Source: an uncultured delta proteobacterium | Lineage (GTDB): Bacteria > Myxococcota > Kuafuiibacteriia > Kuafuiibacteriales > Kuafuiibacteriaceae | Reading direction: 5' to 3' | DNA: 64,000 bases | Assembly: GCA_963803435.1 (NCBI GenBank) | Contig: CAWDML010000006.1 | Coordinates: forward strand, 32,001-96,000 | Made by a program: the position numbers and the translations under genes | The notes under the pieces: model-generated | Database searches by the model: none | What the model saw: the letters and a program-made list of their open reading frames with translations, nothing else | What the model was told of the DNA's origin: nothing | In this document: positions 38,238-48,393 of the stretch, one piece after another | Numbering within the stretch: the stretch's first letter is position 1 | How the letters are laid out: every line of letters starts with the position of its first letter

Positions 38238-38759
38238 CTGTGTACCAGCCCGGTTTGATCTGAAGGTTTTGTCCCGGAGTTTCGTCGGGATGCTGTGGCT
38301 GCTGGCGCGCGCAGACGTCATGAGGATCAGCGAGCTCGACTGCGCGCGCGCCGGCTCGGCGTTCCGCCGGCCACCTCTCGCCTCAACCGAGACGCAGGTC
38401 TCCTACAGCCTTTCCTCTCGCTCGACGGTCCGATCGACGTCGAGGTCGTCTCGTACGGCGAGTCCACCTCGCGTACGCTCGCCTCCAGCCGATGCCGCCG
38501 AGCTACCTCAGCGGCCGGCTCACCGGATCGACGCGATCGAGCTCGTCGATCAGATCGAGGACCTGCGCCTCCTGCTGGAGACGAGCGCGAGGAGGAGCGG
38601 GAGCACGGCGCCCGAATCAGCAATCGGCGGACCAGACCGGCGCGCTCCCCAGCCCCGCGTTCGTCCGGTTCCGTCCGGAATCCGAACGCCGCGTCCGAGA
38701 TCCGGACGCAATCCGGACGATGCACCCCGGAAGTCTGGCGTGTGGCGGTGGCACGAAGC

Positions 38760-39950
38760 CCGCGCTGGACCCGCGTTGTGGAGCCGGCGCCAGCCTATGT
38801 CCCGCGGGATCCGCGGGACGGAGTGCTCGCGCCGCTGGTGCGTCAGTGGTGGCCTCGCCACGTCGAGTCGGTGGAGGCAGAAGGCGCAACGGTGCCAGAG
38901 TTCGTGCATCGAGCGGTGGAGCGCTTCCTCGCCTGCGGCGACGCGAACGAAGGCTTCATCACGCTGAAGTGTTCGAGTGCGGTGCCGAGCGAGCACTTGC
39001 GTTTTCATGCGAGGTCCGAGGCCTGTGCCCGAGGTGCGCACGCGTCGAATGCACGACGTCGCCCACCACCTGGTCGAACGGGTGCTGCCGGCCGTGGCGG
39101 TCCGGCAGTACGTGTTGTCTCCCCCCTCGGAGCTGGTCGCGCTGCTCGCGGCGCGGCGCGAGACGTTGTCGTCGCTGTCTCGCATCTTTGTGAAGGCGAT
39201 CTTCGCCGGCATCAGAGAACGCTCCGGCCTGAAGCTCGGGTGCGGAGCCGTGGTGGTCTTTCAGCGGTTCAACAAGGCGCTCACCGTCTATCCACACCTT
39301 CACGTTCTCGTTCTGGACGGCGGCTACCGTGCGCGCGATGACGGAACGCTCCAGTTCCGGGAGGACGCAACGCCCGGACCGAGCGCTCTTCGTGAGATCG
39401 AGGCCCGTGTCGAAGAGCGCTTCACGCGGTGGTTGAAGCGCCACGGGTTCGTCGAAGAGGAACCATCCGAGCCCAAGCCCGACGACGGCTGGTGGACGGC
39501 AGCAGCGCACGCGCCCTCTGGTTTGCTCGCCCCCGTCGAGCCCAGGCGAAGGCGCGGCTTCGAGGTGCACGCCGCGGTGCGTGTTGCGAGAGAGGAAGCC
39601 CACAGGACGTGGGTCATCCCGCGGAGGGCGGAGCCCGAGAGCGGGACAAGGCCGGGCGCGAGCGGCTGTGCCGCTACGTCATGAGACCTCCTCTGGCCGA
39701 GGCGCAGCTCGAGCTCATCGGCGAGGACCGCGTCCGTCTCACCTTCCGTAACCCCACGCGGTCCGGTCAGCGGTCTATCGACCTTCACCCGCTGGCGCTG
39801 ATGCGCCGTCTCGCCTGGCTGGTTCGATCCCCAGGATGGGGTGAATGCCGCGAGAGGCCAGGAGGCCGAAGCGGCCACCCCGGCAGCACCAAATTTCGAT
39901 ATACAGGCGTCTTGGCACCCGCGGCCCTTCGTCCTGACGTTGCAGCGCGG
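38760..39950 (+). mobile_element. IS91-family (Y2 rolling-circle) transposase pseudogene
   Basis: FLACGD, C..C..FSC..LCPRC zinc finger, VRQYVLS, QRF..YPHLHVL (HUH), RLCRYVMRPP, RYTGVLAP; multiple frameshifts. Confidence 0.85.
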
Positions 39951-40126
39951 ACACGGAACCCAGGTCCCCTTCGTCCATCCCGCTACGTTCTGCGACCCAT
40001 TGCCCATTCCAGAGAACCGATATTGGTCCTCTGACCGATAAAGGCCGGTGTAGGTCCCGGACGGGCCTCCAATCCACAGTTTGACATGAGCCCCATTGGC
40101 GGGTTTGGAACGGCGAAGGAGAAGAG

Positions 40127-42361
40127 ATGCCGAACACGATTCCCACTCGATCGAACAACGTGGATGCAGCCGCCGAGGCCGCCCGCCGCGCCGCTGAGAC
40201 CGCTGCCAAACCCCACACCCTCGCGCCGGCCAATCACACGGGGGTCAACGCGATCAACCCGGGCTCCACTCCGGAGATCCGCCGACCGGTCGTCACGACC
40301 ACGACCACCACCGGTGGAACCAGCGCCGTTCCCGGCCCGGCGTACAGCGTCCCGAGCACCGGAGAGCCGCAGGCGATCGCCCGCGCGTTCCAACCCGAGG
40401 GGATCAACAAGAAGCTGATCGTCGACGGCTCGAAGCTGAGCGTCGCGGCGATCAACGCGTCGTACGGGTACAACCTCACCGATCCGATGGATCTCACCAC
40501 CGCGCAATACCCGCTGAGCGCGAAGAAGCCGGTCGAGGGTGTCCTCGCCGCGATGCAGGCGATCCCTGGACAGGAGCAGGCGGTCGCGGCGCTGAAGGTT
40601 CTCCTCTCGAAGCTGCCCGAGGGTTTCATGGTGAAGGCGCCCTGGATGCAGTACTACAAGCACGACGGCACGCTCGGCACCCAGTACCTGCCGTTCTCAG
40701 CCGACCTTCGCGAGTTCTCCGCGCTTCTCCACTCCCCGCAGCTCATGCGCGAGGACGGACGCCCGCGCGGCGTGGTGATCAACACCAAGGAACACTTCCG
40801 CCAGATGAGCGTGAATACGAACGATCCGGCCGAGCTCTTCTCCGAGGATCGGGCCCAGCTCTGCACCACCCACGGTGGCGAGATGATCCCGGTGGTCGAG
40901 GACGACGGCAAGCAGTCCATGGCCTGGCCGAATCATCCGTACTCCTACGGAAAGATGGGTTCGCGGGGTGAGTACGGCGCGCTCCTGAACTTCTGGAGCC
41001 TCTCGAACATGGAGCTCGGCGTCGATCCGGTGGCGAAGTACGGCGCCGCGAAGTGGGCCGACATCGAGCCCTCGTACTACGAGCAGGCCCACACCATCGC
41101 AGCCCTTCAGGTTGGCGCCGTGGATTTCTCCTCGAGCGATCCGCGCCCCGACAACAGCGACTACTCGTTCAACATCACCGAGCTCACCGACGAGCAGAAG
41201 ATCGTCCAGTACGAGGCTGCGCTCACGTCGAAGGAGAACCGGGCCGAGAAGCTGTCCGCCTGGACGAAGTACTGCATGGAAGCGGTGCGGGACAGCGTCG
41301 AGGTCGGCGCCCGTCCGATCAACGAGAAGTCGACGCGACGCCCCGAGGGCGAGGGCCGGCTCGATCCCGTCGCGTTCCGCATCTTCAAGGACATGGAGAA
41401 GACCTTCAACGACGCGGGCGGCAAGGAGAACCCGAGCGCCGGTTGGGAGGCCCTCGAGCGAGAGGGGTTCGTCGACTTCAACCGCATGAAGCAGAACAAC
41501 TGCCATCGCGTCCCGTTCAAGCTCGCGCACCCGGACGCGGATCCGGTCTCCGATCTGAAGCCGAAGGGGATGCGGACCGAGGGTTTCGGCAAGAACACCA
41601 TGACCCGACCGGTTACGCTCGGCAGCCTCGTCGCGGGCCACCTCCAGGTGACGTTCCCGCGGGCGACGCTGGCAGAGCAGTACTCGGGCGAGCTCGCCAC
41701 GGCCCTCCAGGCCTGTGGTGGGGATGCCGCGGCCCAGCAGGCCGTGCTGGGTGGTGCCGTCGCGTTCGTGAAGGGCGTCGAGCAGAGCGTGCTCAAGGCG
41801 ATGGGTGATGGGGCGAAGCTCGCGAACCCGATCGACGTGAGCAACCCCGAGTCGATCATCCGCTGGTTCGGCATCGCTCAGAGCGCGATGACCCAGAAGT
41901 CGGTCATCGAGGGCGCGAACGACAAGCTGCTCGGCGCCATCCACTTCGAGGACATGGACCGCGACTCGCAGGGTGCCGTGAAGAAGCTGATGGGCGCGTA
42001 CATCGCGGCCGTCGCCGACTTCACCTTGACCCGACCGCAGCTCAACAAGCGGCTGGAGAACCTCGACAGCATGGCGGCGGCGACGGTGGTCACCTACCCG
42101 AGCTACACCGCAGTCTCCTACGACGATCACGGCGTTCCGACGTTCTCTGCGGGGGGCGGTCGCAAGGGATCGCTCGCCAGCTTCACCCCGCCTCACATCC
42201 TGCGCATGTCCTACCGGCGCTCCGGAGACAACGCAGGATCGGCCGGGAACACGGCGACGATCGGGTGGCAGCCGCTGTGCGACGCGATCCGCGGCGAGGA
42301 CGTCCTCGGCGACAACTGGAAGTCGGCCATCCCGGCTGGCGAGTACGCGGACAAGAGCTAA
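40127..42361 (+). CDS. Large hypothetical protein
   Basis: 744-aa intact ORF, RBS AAGGAG, strong GC3 codon bias. Confidence 0.85.
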   Translation: MPNTIPTRSNNVDAAAEAARRAAETAAKPHTLAPANHTGVNAINPGSTPEIRRPVVTTTTTTGGTSAVPGPAYSVPSTGEPQAIARAFQPEGINKKLIVDGSKLSVAAINASYGYNLTDPMDLTTAQYPLSAKKPVEGVLAAMQAIPGQEQAVAALKVLLSKLPEGFMVKAPWMQYYKHDGTLGTQYLPFSADLREFSALLHSPQLMREDGRPRGVVINTKEHFRQMSVNTNDPAELFSEDRAQLCTTHGGEMIPVVEDDGKQSMAWPNHPYSYGKMGSRGEYGALLNFWSLSNMELGVDPVAKYGAAKWADIEPSYYEQAHTIAALQVGAVDFSSSDPRPDNSDYSFNITELTDEQKIVQYEAALTSKENRAEKLSAWTKYCMEAVRDSVEVGARPINEKSTRRPEGEGRLDPVAFRIFKDMEKTFNDAGGKENPSAGWEALEREGFVDFNRMKQNNCHRVPFKLAHPDADPVSDLKPKGMRTEGFGKNTMTRPVTLGSLVAGHLQVTFPRATLAEQYSGELATALQACGGDAAAQQAVLGGAVAFVKGVEQSVLKAMGDGAKLANPIDVSNPESIIRWFGIAQSAMTQKSVIEGANDKLLGAIHFEDMDRDSQGAVKKLMGAYIAAVADFTLTRPQLNKRLENLDSMAAATVVTYPSYTAVSYDDHGVPTFSAGGGRKGSLASFTPPHILRMSYRRSGDNAGSAGNTATIGWQPLCDAIRGEDVLGDNWKSAIPAGEYADKS

Positions 42362-42616
42362 CGAGCTGCCGGCGGTCCAACTCGCAACGCGTCACGCCGT
42401 TGGCAAGGCCCCGGCCTCCTGGAGGTCGTCGAGGTGCCGGACGGCGCCACCGCGATCGCCGTGAAGGTCGACAAGGCGCTCACCCAAGCGTGCTATCAGG
42501 TCAAGGCCGTGCGCGGCACGCTCGTCTCCGATGCCCTTGCCGCGCAGTGCGTCACCACCCCGACGGCCCGGTGTCGCCGCCGACCGGCGATGCGGCCACA
42601 CCTCAATGGCAGGGAT

Positions 42617-42916
42617 TCAGGCGTCGTCGCGCCACCAGGCGCCGGAACGCAGATCTTCCGGGATGTCCGGATCGTCCGGGCGCAAACCTCGTCGCTCGAG
42701 CTCGTCGAACCATTCGTCGCGCAGGCTCGACGGCAGTTCCTTGCCGCACCAGGGGCAATGTCGGATGAGCAGAACGGCCGATCCGCCGTCGAGGATGCGC
42801 AGACCGTACTCCTGCAACTTGTCGTTGTAGACGATCGGCACGTCGGCGTCGGCGAGCGCGGCGAGCATGTCCGGGCAATGGTGTGGCGGCAGCGGTGCCG
42901 GCGTGCCCTCGGTCAT
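42617..42916 (-). CDS. Putative immunity protein (DUF6980-like)
   Basis: HCPDM..EYGL..DGG..HCPWCGKELPSSLRDEWF..DIPE; ATGA-coupled to the toxin stop. Confidence 0.7.
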   Translation of the reverse strand: MTEGTPAPLPPHHCPDMLAALADADVPIVYNDKLQEYGLRILDGGSAVLLIRHCPWCGKELPSSLRDEWFDELERRGLRPDDPDIPEDLRSGAWWRDDA

Positions 42917-43115
42917 AGATCGATCGTCCTTCCCCTCACCGCCGGTTTTATCATCTCGCCGGAAACGGCATGCATCGATCCGAGGTGCTCGCCGCGGGAA
43001 TTGTACACCTCGATGTCGCCGTGCGTGAAATCCCATTCATAATATCGGTCGCCGTCGGTCTTGGTCCGACCGGAATATCCGCGCAGACCCGTCCAGATCG
43101 GTGAGTCGCCCGGAG
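42913..43115 (-). pseudogene. Colicin E3/cloacin-like RNase toxin tip (orphan)
   Basis: YYEWDFTHGDIEVYNSRGEHLGS..G..KPAV..R matches the WDxxHGxxExY catalytic motif. Confidence 0.8.
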
Positions 43116-43129
43116 CTCCCGAATGGCCC

Positions 43130-43290
43130 TCCTCAACATTGCCGATCCGGTTGTGGTCGGTGATCGAGACGACCTGGAGGCCCTTAGCGATCGCGGTGGT
43201 GACGATCGCGGCGGGAGTCATCGCTGCGCCCGTGACGTCGTAGGATCCACCTCGACCGTACGAACGGATATGCAGGTCTGCGCGACGAAG
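43130..43290 (-). pseudogene. PHP-domain N-terminal fragment
   Basis: RADLHIRS..SYDV..MTP..IV..GLQVVSITDHN. Confidence 0.7.
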
Positions 43291-43309
43291 CGTGCGCCGC
43301 GGGCCGCCG

Positions 43310-43560
43310 CGTGGAGCACCGCCGCGAGCTGGGCCGCGTCGCCAACTCCGCTTCCGCACCGAAGCGATCCACCAGCACGAAGACGCCTCCTGATCGCAGC
43401 ACGCGCAGCGCCTCCCTGAGCGCCACCAGTGGGCCGCGCATCGTCTCGCCGGCCGGCGCGCGCACCTCGTGGAAACACATCACCGAGACGACGGCGTCGA
43501 AGCTCGCGTCGGGAAGCTCGAGACGGGCAGCATCCATCCGTCGAAACGTCGCGCGAAGCC
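43310..43560 (-). pseudogene. Class I SAM methyltransferase fragment
   Basis: MDAARLELPDASFDAVVSVMCFHE..EALRVLRSGG. Confidence 0.7.
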
Positions 43561-43589
43561 CCCGGCTCGAAAGGATTAGATCATCCCCA

Positions 43590-43870
43590 CCGAGTTCGAC
43601 ACGGGGTACGAGCCGCGGAGCCGCTTCCTCTCGAGCGAGCCTGCGAGCGGGCCGAGATCCCGAAGTGCACCCCCAACGACCTCCGACGAACCTGCGCCAC
43701 CTGGCTCCGCGCGCAGGGCGTCTCCGTCGAGTTCCTCGCGCCGCTGATGGGGCACGCAGACGGCCGCATGGTGAAGCGCGTCTACGGCCGCCTCACCGCA
43801 AGCCAGCTTGCAGCTCGCCTCGCCGCCGAGACCGGCTCCGACTCTTCCACCCGGTGTACCAAGCGCCGTG
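43590..43870 (+). pseudogene. C-terminal remnant of phage-type tyrosine integrase
   Basis: TPNDLRRTCATWL..LMGHADGRMVKRVY, immediately 3' of tRNA-Phe. Confidence 0.8.
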
Positions 43871-43940
43871 GATTCAGCCGGATCCATCGGACTCGCTGGA
43901 CCGGATGCGGTCTCGGAAGTAGGCGAAAAGAGTCGGAAGG

Positions 43941-44016
43941 TGGTGCCCAGTCCCGGACTCGAACCAGGGACACGCGGATTTTCAGTCCACTGCTCTACCA
44001 ACTGAGCTAACTGGGC
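43941..44016 (-). tRNA. tRNA-Phe (GAA)
   Basis: GCCCAGTTAGCTCAGTTGGTAGAGCAGTGGACTGAAAATCCGCGTGTCCCTGGTTCGAGTCCGGGACTGGGCACCA; 76 nt, cloverleaf stems, CCA end. Confidence 0.97.
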
Positions 44017-44053
44017 ACCGATGGGGCGCCGTTCATACAAAACAGACGAGTGA

Positions 44054-45982
44054 TTGCCAAGGGAGAAATTCCCTCTGCTACGCTCCGCTTCCGTGGGTGC
44101 GGCGGTCCTCTCGCTCGTGCTGGTGCTGGGGGCGCAGGTCGGGACGGCGACGATCGCCGCGACGGCGACGACGGCGACGGCGACGATGGAGCGCGACTCG
44201 CTGGATGCGCTGCTCGAGGACCTGGGGGAGGGTCCGTTGAGTCATGCGGATCTGGAGATGCTGGCGCGGTTGCGGGCGGCGACGGGGACGGTGGCGCGGA
44301 CGGCGTCGGTGGCGTGGGCGGCGCCGGGGCCGTTGGTGCATCCGGTGTATCGGACGGGGGTGAGGGCGCGGCGGGAGACGGTGGCGCGGTCGACGCGTGA
44401 GGCGTTGGACGCGCTGGTCGTGCCGGCGGTGTCGTTTCGGATGTCGCGGCGGCGGGTGCTGTACGAGGGGCTGCTGCTGGCGCCGATGGCGGAGGGTGTG
44501 CTCGATGCGAGCGTGCGGATGTTCGATCGGGTGGAGGTGACGCCGTCGGCGTCGGTGCGGGATCAGGCGGCGGGGGCGGCGGGGACGATCGCTCTCTATG
44601 GGGCGGAGCCGGAGGTCGGGATCCATCCGGAGGGGGCGATCGAGGCGCGATCGGCGGACCGGTCCTCGGATGTGTTCGTGGCGGTGGGCGGCGGGGTCGG
44701 GAGCGCGCGGGGGCGGGTCGCGGTCGGCTATGACGACATGCGGGCGCTGCGGACGCCCGATGGATCCGATCCCACGAACAGCGAGCAGCGCTGGCTGGCG
44801 TCGGTTCGTGGGGTGCTGTTCGACGGGGATCCGGTGCGGGTCACGGTGGGCGGCGATCTGGATCGCGCGCTCAACACGCGTGCGCCGAACATGCCGGGGG
44901 TGGCGCGCCTCGATCAGCGGGCGCTCGGCTTTCTCAGGGTGGAGCTGGGCTCGGCGACGTGGGGGGCGAGGCTCACGGGCGGCTACCAAGGGCTGCGGCA
45001 GCATCAGGAGCTGGACCCGCTGGTGAGGTTCGACGTCAGCGCGGATCTATACCAGGCGCAGCTCGCGCTCTACGGGGCGCCCTACGACTGGTTGCGTCTG
45101 GAGGCCGGCGGCGACGTCGCGATCGGGAGCGGGCGCGCGCCGGACGAGGTGCGACGGCGGGAGCTCGAGGGCTACGTCATGGGCACGCTGCTGTTCGATC
45201 GGCTGGAGGCTCAGCTCGGGCTTCGGATCGCGCAGCAACACTCCGAGGAGGGGACGCTCGGCACCGACGCCCTGCGACCGTTGCCGCAACTCGACTTGCA
45301 TTTGCCGATCGCCGGGCCGGTCGGGGTGCGCGCTTCGTTCGCCATGGGGATGACGCTGCCGGGGAGAGGCCTGTTCGCGCCGATGGGGCGGTTCCTCAAG
45401 CCCGAGACCACCGTGACGGTCGAGGCCGGACCCACGCTTCGTGCAGACGGCTACTGGGCCGATCTGACGGCGTTCGCCGCCTGGATCCATCAGCCGCTGG
45501 AGCCGATGCCGGATCCGCTGCCGATCACCGACACGCCGGCGCTGGTGCGGGCGCTCGGCGTCGATCTCGACGGAGCAGCCGGGCTGATCCGCAACCTCGA
45601 TCTCGCGTTCACCACCAGCCTGGCCGAGGTCGTCGATCGCCGGACCGGCGCCGCCACCTATGCGCTCCCGGTGCTCTCGGGTCTGGTCGCGCTGCGCTAC
45701 CGCTTTGGGTTCCGAAACGCGCATCTCGAGGTGCACGCGCGCGCCGCCACCGGTCCGTTGACCTTGATCGGCGACGCGCCCATCGAGCCCTGGATGCTCG
45801 GCGGCCAGCGACCGAAGGCGTTCCTCCGGGCGGGGCTCCTGGGCGGGCTCGATCTCGGCTACGGCTTCACGCTCGATCTCGCGGTGGAGAACGCGATCGA
45901 TCGGCGCTATCGGCTGCAGACGCGCGACGAGCCCGGCGGAGGGATCGACGTCCGCGCGGCGCTGACCTGGAAGCTCTACTGA
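44054..45982 (+). CDS. TonB-dependent receptor-like outer membrane protein
   Basis: DRVEV plug-like motif, LKPETT, VENAIDRRY..GIDVRAALTWKLY barrel terminus. Confidence 0.7.
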   Translation: MPREKFPLLRSASVGAAVLSLVLVLGAQVGTATIAATATTATATMERDSLDALLEDLGEGPLSHADLEMLARLRAATGTVARTASVAWAAPGPLVHPVYRTGVRARRETVARSTREALDALVVPAVSFRMSRRRVLYEGLLLAPMAEGVLDASVRMFDRVEVTPSASVRDQAAGAAGTIALYGAEPEVGIHPEGAIEARSADRSSDVFVAVGGGVGSARGRVAVGYDDMRALRTPDGSDPTNSEQRWLASVRGVLFDGDPVRVTVGGDLDRALNTRAPNMPGVARLDQRALGFLRVELGSATWGARLTGGYQGLRQHQELDPLVRFDVSADLYQAQLALYGAPYDWLRLEAGGDVAIGSGRAPDEVRRRELEGYVMGTLLFDRLEAQLGLRIAQQHSEEGTLGTDALRPLPQLDLHLPIAGPVGVRASFAMGMTLPGRGLFAPMGRFLKPETTVTVEAGPTLRADGYWADLTAFAAWIHQPLEPMPDPLPITDTPALVRALGVDLDGAAGLIRNLDLAFTTSLAEVVDRRTGAATYALPVLSGLVALRYRFGFRNAHLEVHARAATGPLTLIGDAPIEPWMLGGQRPKAFLRAGLLGGLDLGYGFTLDLAVENAIDRRYRLQTRDEPGGGIDVRAALTWKLY

Positions 45983-48225
45983 TTGAGGCGGACCTTGTAC
46001 TCGATGTTCTGGCCGGGCGGCGCGTTGAACCACTCCGACCAGTTCATGCCGTCGAGGCTCACGCGCAGGAGGTAACGGCCTTCGTAGATCTCGACCGGGT
46101 CGAGCGGGGCCTCGCCGATCACGCGCGAGTTCAGGCTGATCTTGGCGCCGTCGGGCGCGCGCACGGTGAGGCGGCTCTTGCCGAACTCCAGGCTGCTCTT
46201 GCGGTCCTGGTCGGGATCGATGCGGTACGTCCGATACTTGTTGATCCCGGTCTTGGCGTCGGTGAAGCGCAGCTTGTGGGATCCGGTCGTGAGCCGGACC
46301 GTCAGCGGCGTCCGGCCCAGGCGGTCGTTGCCGTCGTAGACGTCGACGTTGGGCTCCGACTCGATCGAGAGCTGGCCGAGCTTCGGCTTCACGTCGGTCG
46401 TGTCCACCGGAGTCGCCGGCGTTGGGTCCGGCGTGTCAGGCGGCGCGTCGGGATCGACGTCGGTCTCGTCCGGCGCCTGGCGCGTCAGCGCCTCGCGGAC
46501 CACGGCCGAAGGGATCTTCGAGTTCTCGGAGGGCGTGTCGATGCCTGCGGGCGGCTCCTTGGGAAAGGCGAAGATGAAGATCAACAGACCGGCAGCGGCC
46601 GCGAGCACCATGTAGAGCAGCGCGCGGGACGAGTCGCCGGCGCGCTGGTTGAACTGGGTGATCGACGACTCCTCGCGCATCGGCGCCCGCGGCACCGGCT
46701 GGGGCGCCGGCAGCGGGACGTTCTTGACCGGGACGTTCTGGAGCAAGCCGGCTTGCACCTGCCGCTCCAGCTGCACCTGCTGCAGGTGCTGTTGCATCTG
46801 CATCTGCTGCATCTGCTCGGGCGTCGGATACACGGCGACCTGCGAGCCTCCGTTCGCGGGGCGCACCGGTGAGGCTGGCGGTGGCGTGTACATCGCCGGA
46901 GGCGGCAGCGGCGCGGGCGCGGGCGCGAACACCTGGGCCGGCGGTGCCTGCGGCGGCGCAGCAGGTTGCAAGGGAACTTGCGCCGCCCAGGCCTCGGGGA
47001 CGGCCGGTGCGGGCGGCGGCGAGAACGGCGGAAGCGCCTCGGCGACGGTCCGCTCCTCGTCCTTGTCCGGCTGCGGGAGCCCGGCCGGCTGATCCAGCAA
47101 GGTGTCGCGGCGCGGAAGCGGAGCGCGCTCGATCGGCGGCTCGTCCCGCGGATCGCGCGCGACCGCCACCAGCGTCGAGACCGGTCCGGGGCGTGAAGCC
47201 TCGAAGAGGGCCTGATCCACGCCTTCCGGCGCCTCCGCGGGCCGGGAGAGCACGGTGATCATGTCCGGGTCCTTGGCGGACTCCAGCAGCGATCGACGGC
47301 CCTCTCGCTCGGGCGCGTTGTACGGGATCAGCTCGTTGACCAGCGTCGAGATCTCCTGGTGCGTCGCGATCGTGGTGCCCTCGTCCTGGGTGGCCTTGAG
47401 GATCGCGTCGCGCATCAGCTCGACGCTCTCGAACCGCTGCGCACCGCGCTTGGCCAGCGCCGTGACCGCGATGTTGCCCAGCCGGCCGGCGAGGCCCGGG
47501 GCGTCGATCATCTGGGGCTCGGTGGTGAGTACGGCGCGCTCGAGATCTTCCACCCCGGCGAACGGCGGGCCGCCCGACAGGAGCTCGTAGAGCACCGCGC
47601 CGATCGCGTAGACGTCGGTCGACGGGCTGGCCGTCGCCTTGCCGCCGATGATCTGCTCGGGCGCGAAGTAGACGAACTTCGATCGGATCGGCACGCCGTG
47701 CTGCGTCGGTGCCATCACCGAAGCGCCGTAGCCGGTGACCATCGAGATCCCCTGGAAGGTCAGCAGCAACGTGTCGGGTCGGATCCCGCCATGGACGATG
47801 GGTCGTCCTGCATATCGTGACTGGCCTTCCTCGTGGGCGAAGTGAACTCCCTCACAGACGTCGACCGCCACCCGCGCCGCCATCCGGGCGTCAAACGGGC
47901 GCTCGGCCTCTCGGGCTTTGCCGAGGATCTGGTGGAGCGGCTCGCCATCGACGAACGCGACCACGCGCGCCCATCCTTCTTCGAAGCACTCGAGGCCGAA
48001 GACACGAATGATGTTGGGATGCTTGAGCTGGGTGACGAACGCGGTCTCACGCTGGAGGCGCGCGACTCGGGAGGGATCGGAGGTGACATCGTCCGGGAGC
48101 CACACCACGACGACCGGGCGGTCGCGCTTCGGCTCGCCGTCGATGACCTCGACGCCCATGAAGGCGCGGGTTTCGGCTCCAGACAACAGAGGGCCGAGAA
48201 CGCCGTATTGCCTGCTGCTGGCCAT
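45976..48225 (-). CDS. Ser/Thr kinase-like (probable pseudokinase) with TM and PEGA domains
   Basis: LKHPNII, YFAPEQ, DVYAIG retained; HRD, DFG and VAIK degenerate. Confidence 0.85.
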   Translation of the reverse strand: MASSRQYGVLGPLLSGAETRAFMGVEVIDGEPKRDRPVVVVWLPDDVTSDPSRVARLQRETAFVTQLKHPNIIRVFGLECFEEGWARVVAFVDGEPLHQILGKAREAERPFDARMAARVAVDVCEGVHFAHEEGQSRYAGRPIVHGGIRPDTLLLTFQGISMVTGYGASVMAPTQHGVPIRSKFVYFAPEQIIGGKATASPSTDVYAIGAVLYELLSGGPPFAGVEDLERAVLTTEPQMIDAPGLAGRLGNIAVTALAKRGAQRFESVELMRDAILKATQDEGTTIATHQEISTLVNELIPYNAPEREGRRSLLESAKDPDMITVLSRPAEAPEGVDQALFEASRPGPVSTLVAVARDPRDEPPIERAPLPRRDTLLDQPAGLPQPDKDEERTVAEALPPFSPPPAPAVPEAWAAQVPLQPAAPPQAPPAQVFAPAPAPLPPPAMYTPPPASPVRPANGGSQVAVYPTPEQMQQMQMQQHLQQVQLERQVQAGLLQNVPVKNVPLPAPQPVPRAPMREESSITQFNQRAGDSSRALLYMVLAAAAGLLIFIFAFPKEPPAGIDTPSENSKIPSAVVREALTRQAPDETDVDPDAPPDTPDPTPATPVDTTDVKPKLGQLSIESEPNVDVYDGNDRLGRTPLTVRLTTGSHKLRFTDAKTGINKYRTYRIDPDQDRKSSLEFGKSRLTVRAPDGAKISLNSRVIGEAPLDPVEIYEGRYLLRVSLDGMNWSEWFNAPPGQNIEYKVRLNQ

Positions 48226-48393
48226 TTTCGGGCTCATCCTATCCGATGAAGGCCTGAGCAGAACAACTTCTTGACCGAGGGCGGCCTCCCACTGGTCGAG
48301 CGCCGCCTCAACTCTCGGGAAACATTGCTGCTTCCAGGTGAGCGCCGCCACGAGACACGGGGAGACCGGCGATCCGGAGTAGAGTTCCAGCGC

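Noticed and set aside
46770-46820. Gln/Met-rich repeat (QMQQMQMQQ)
   Set aside because: Ordinary low-complexity linker in a kinase-like protein
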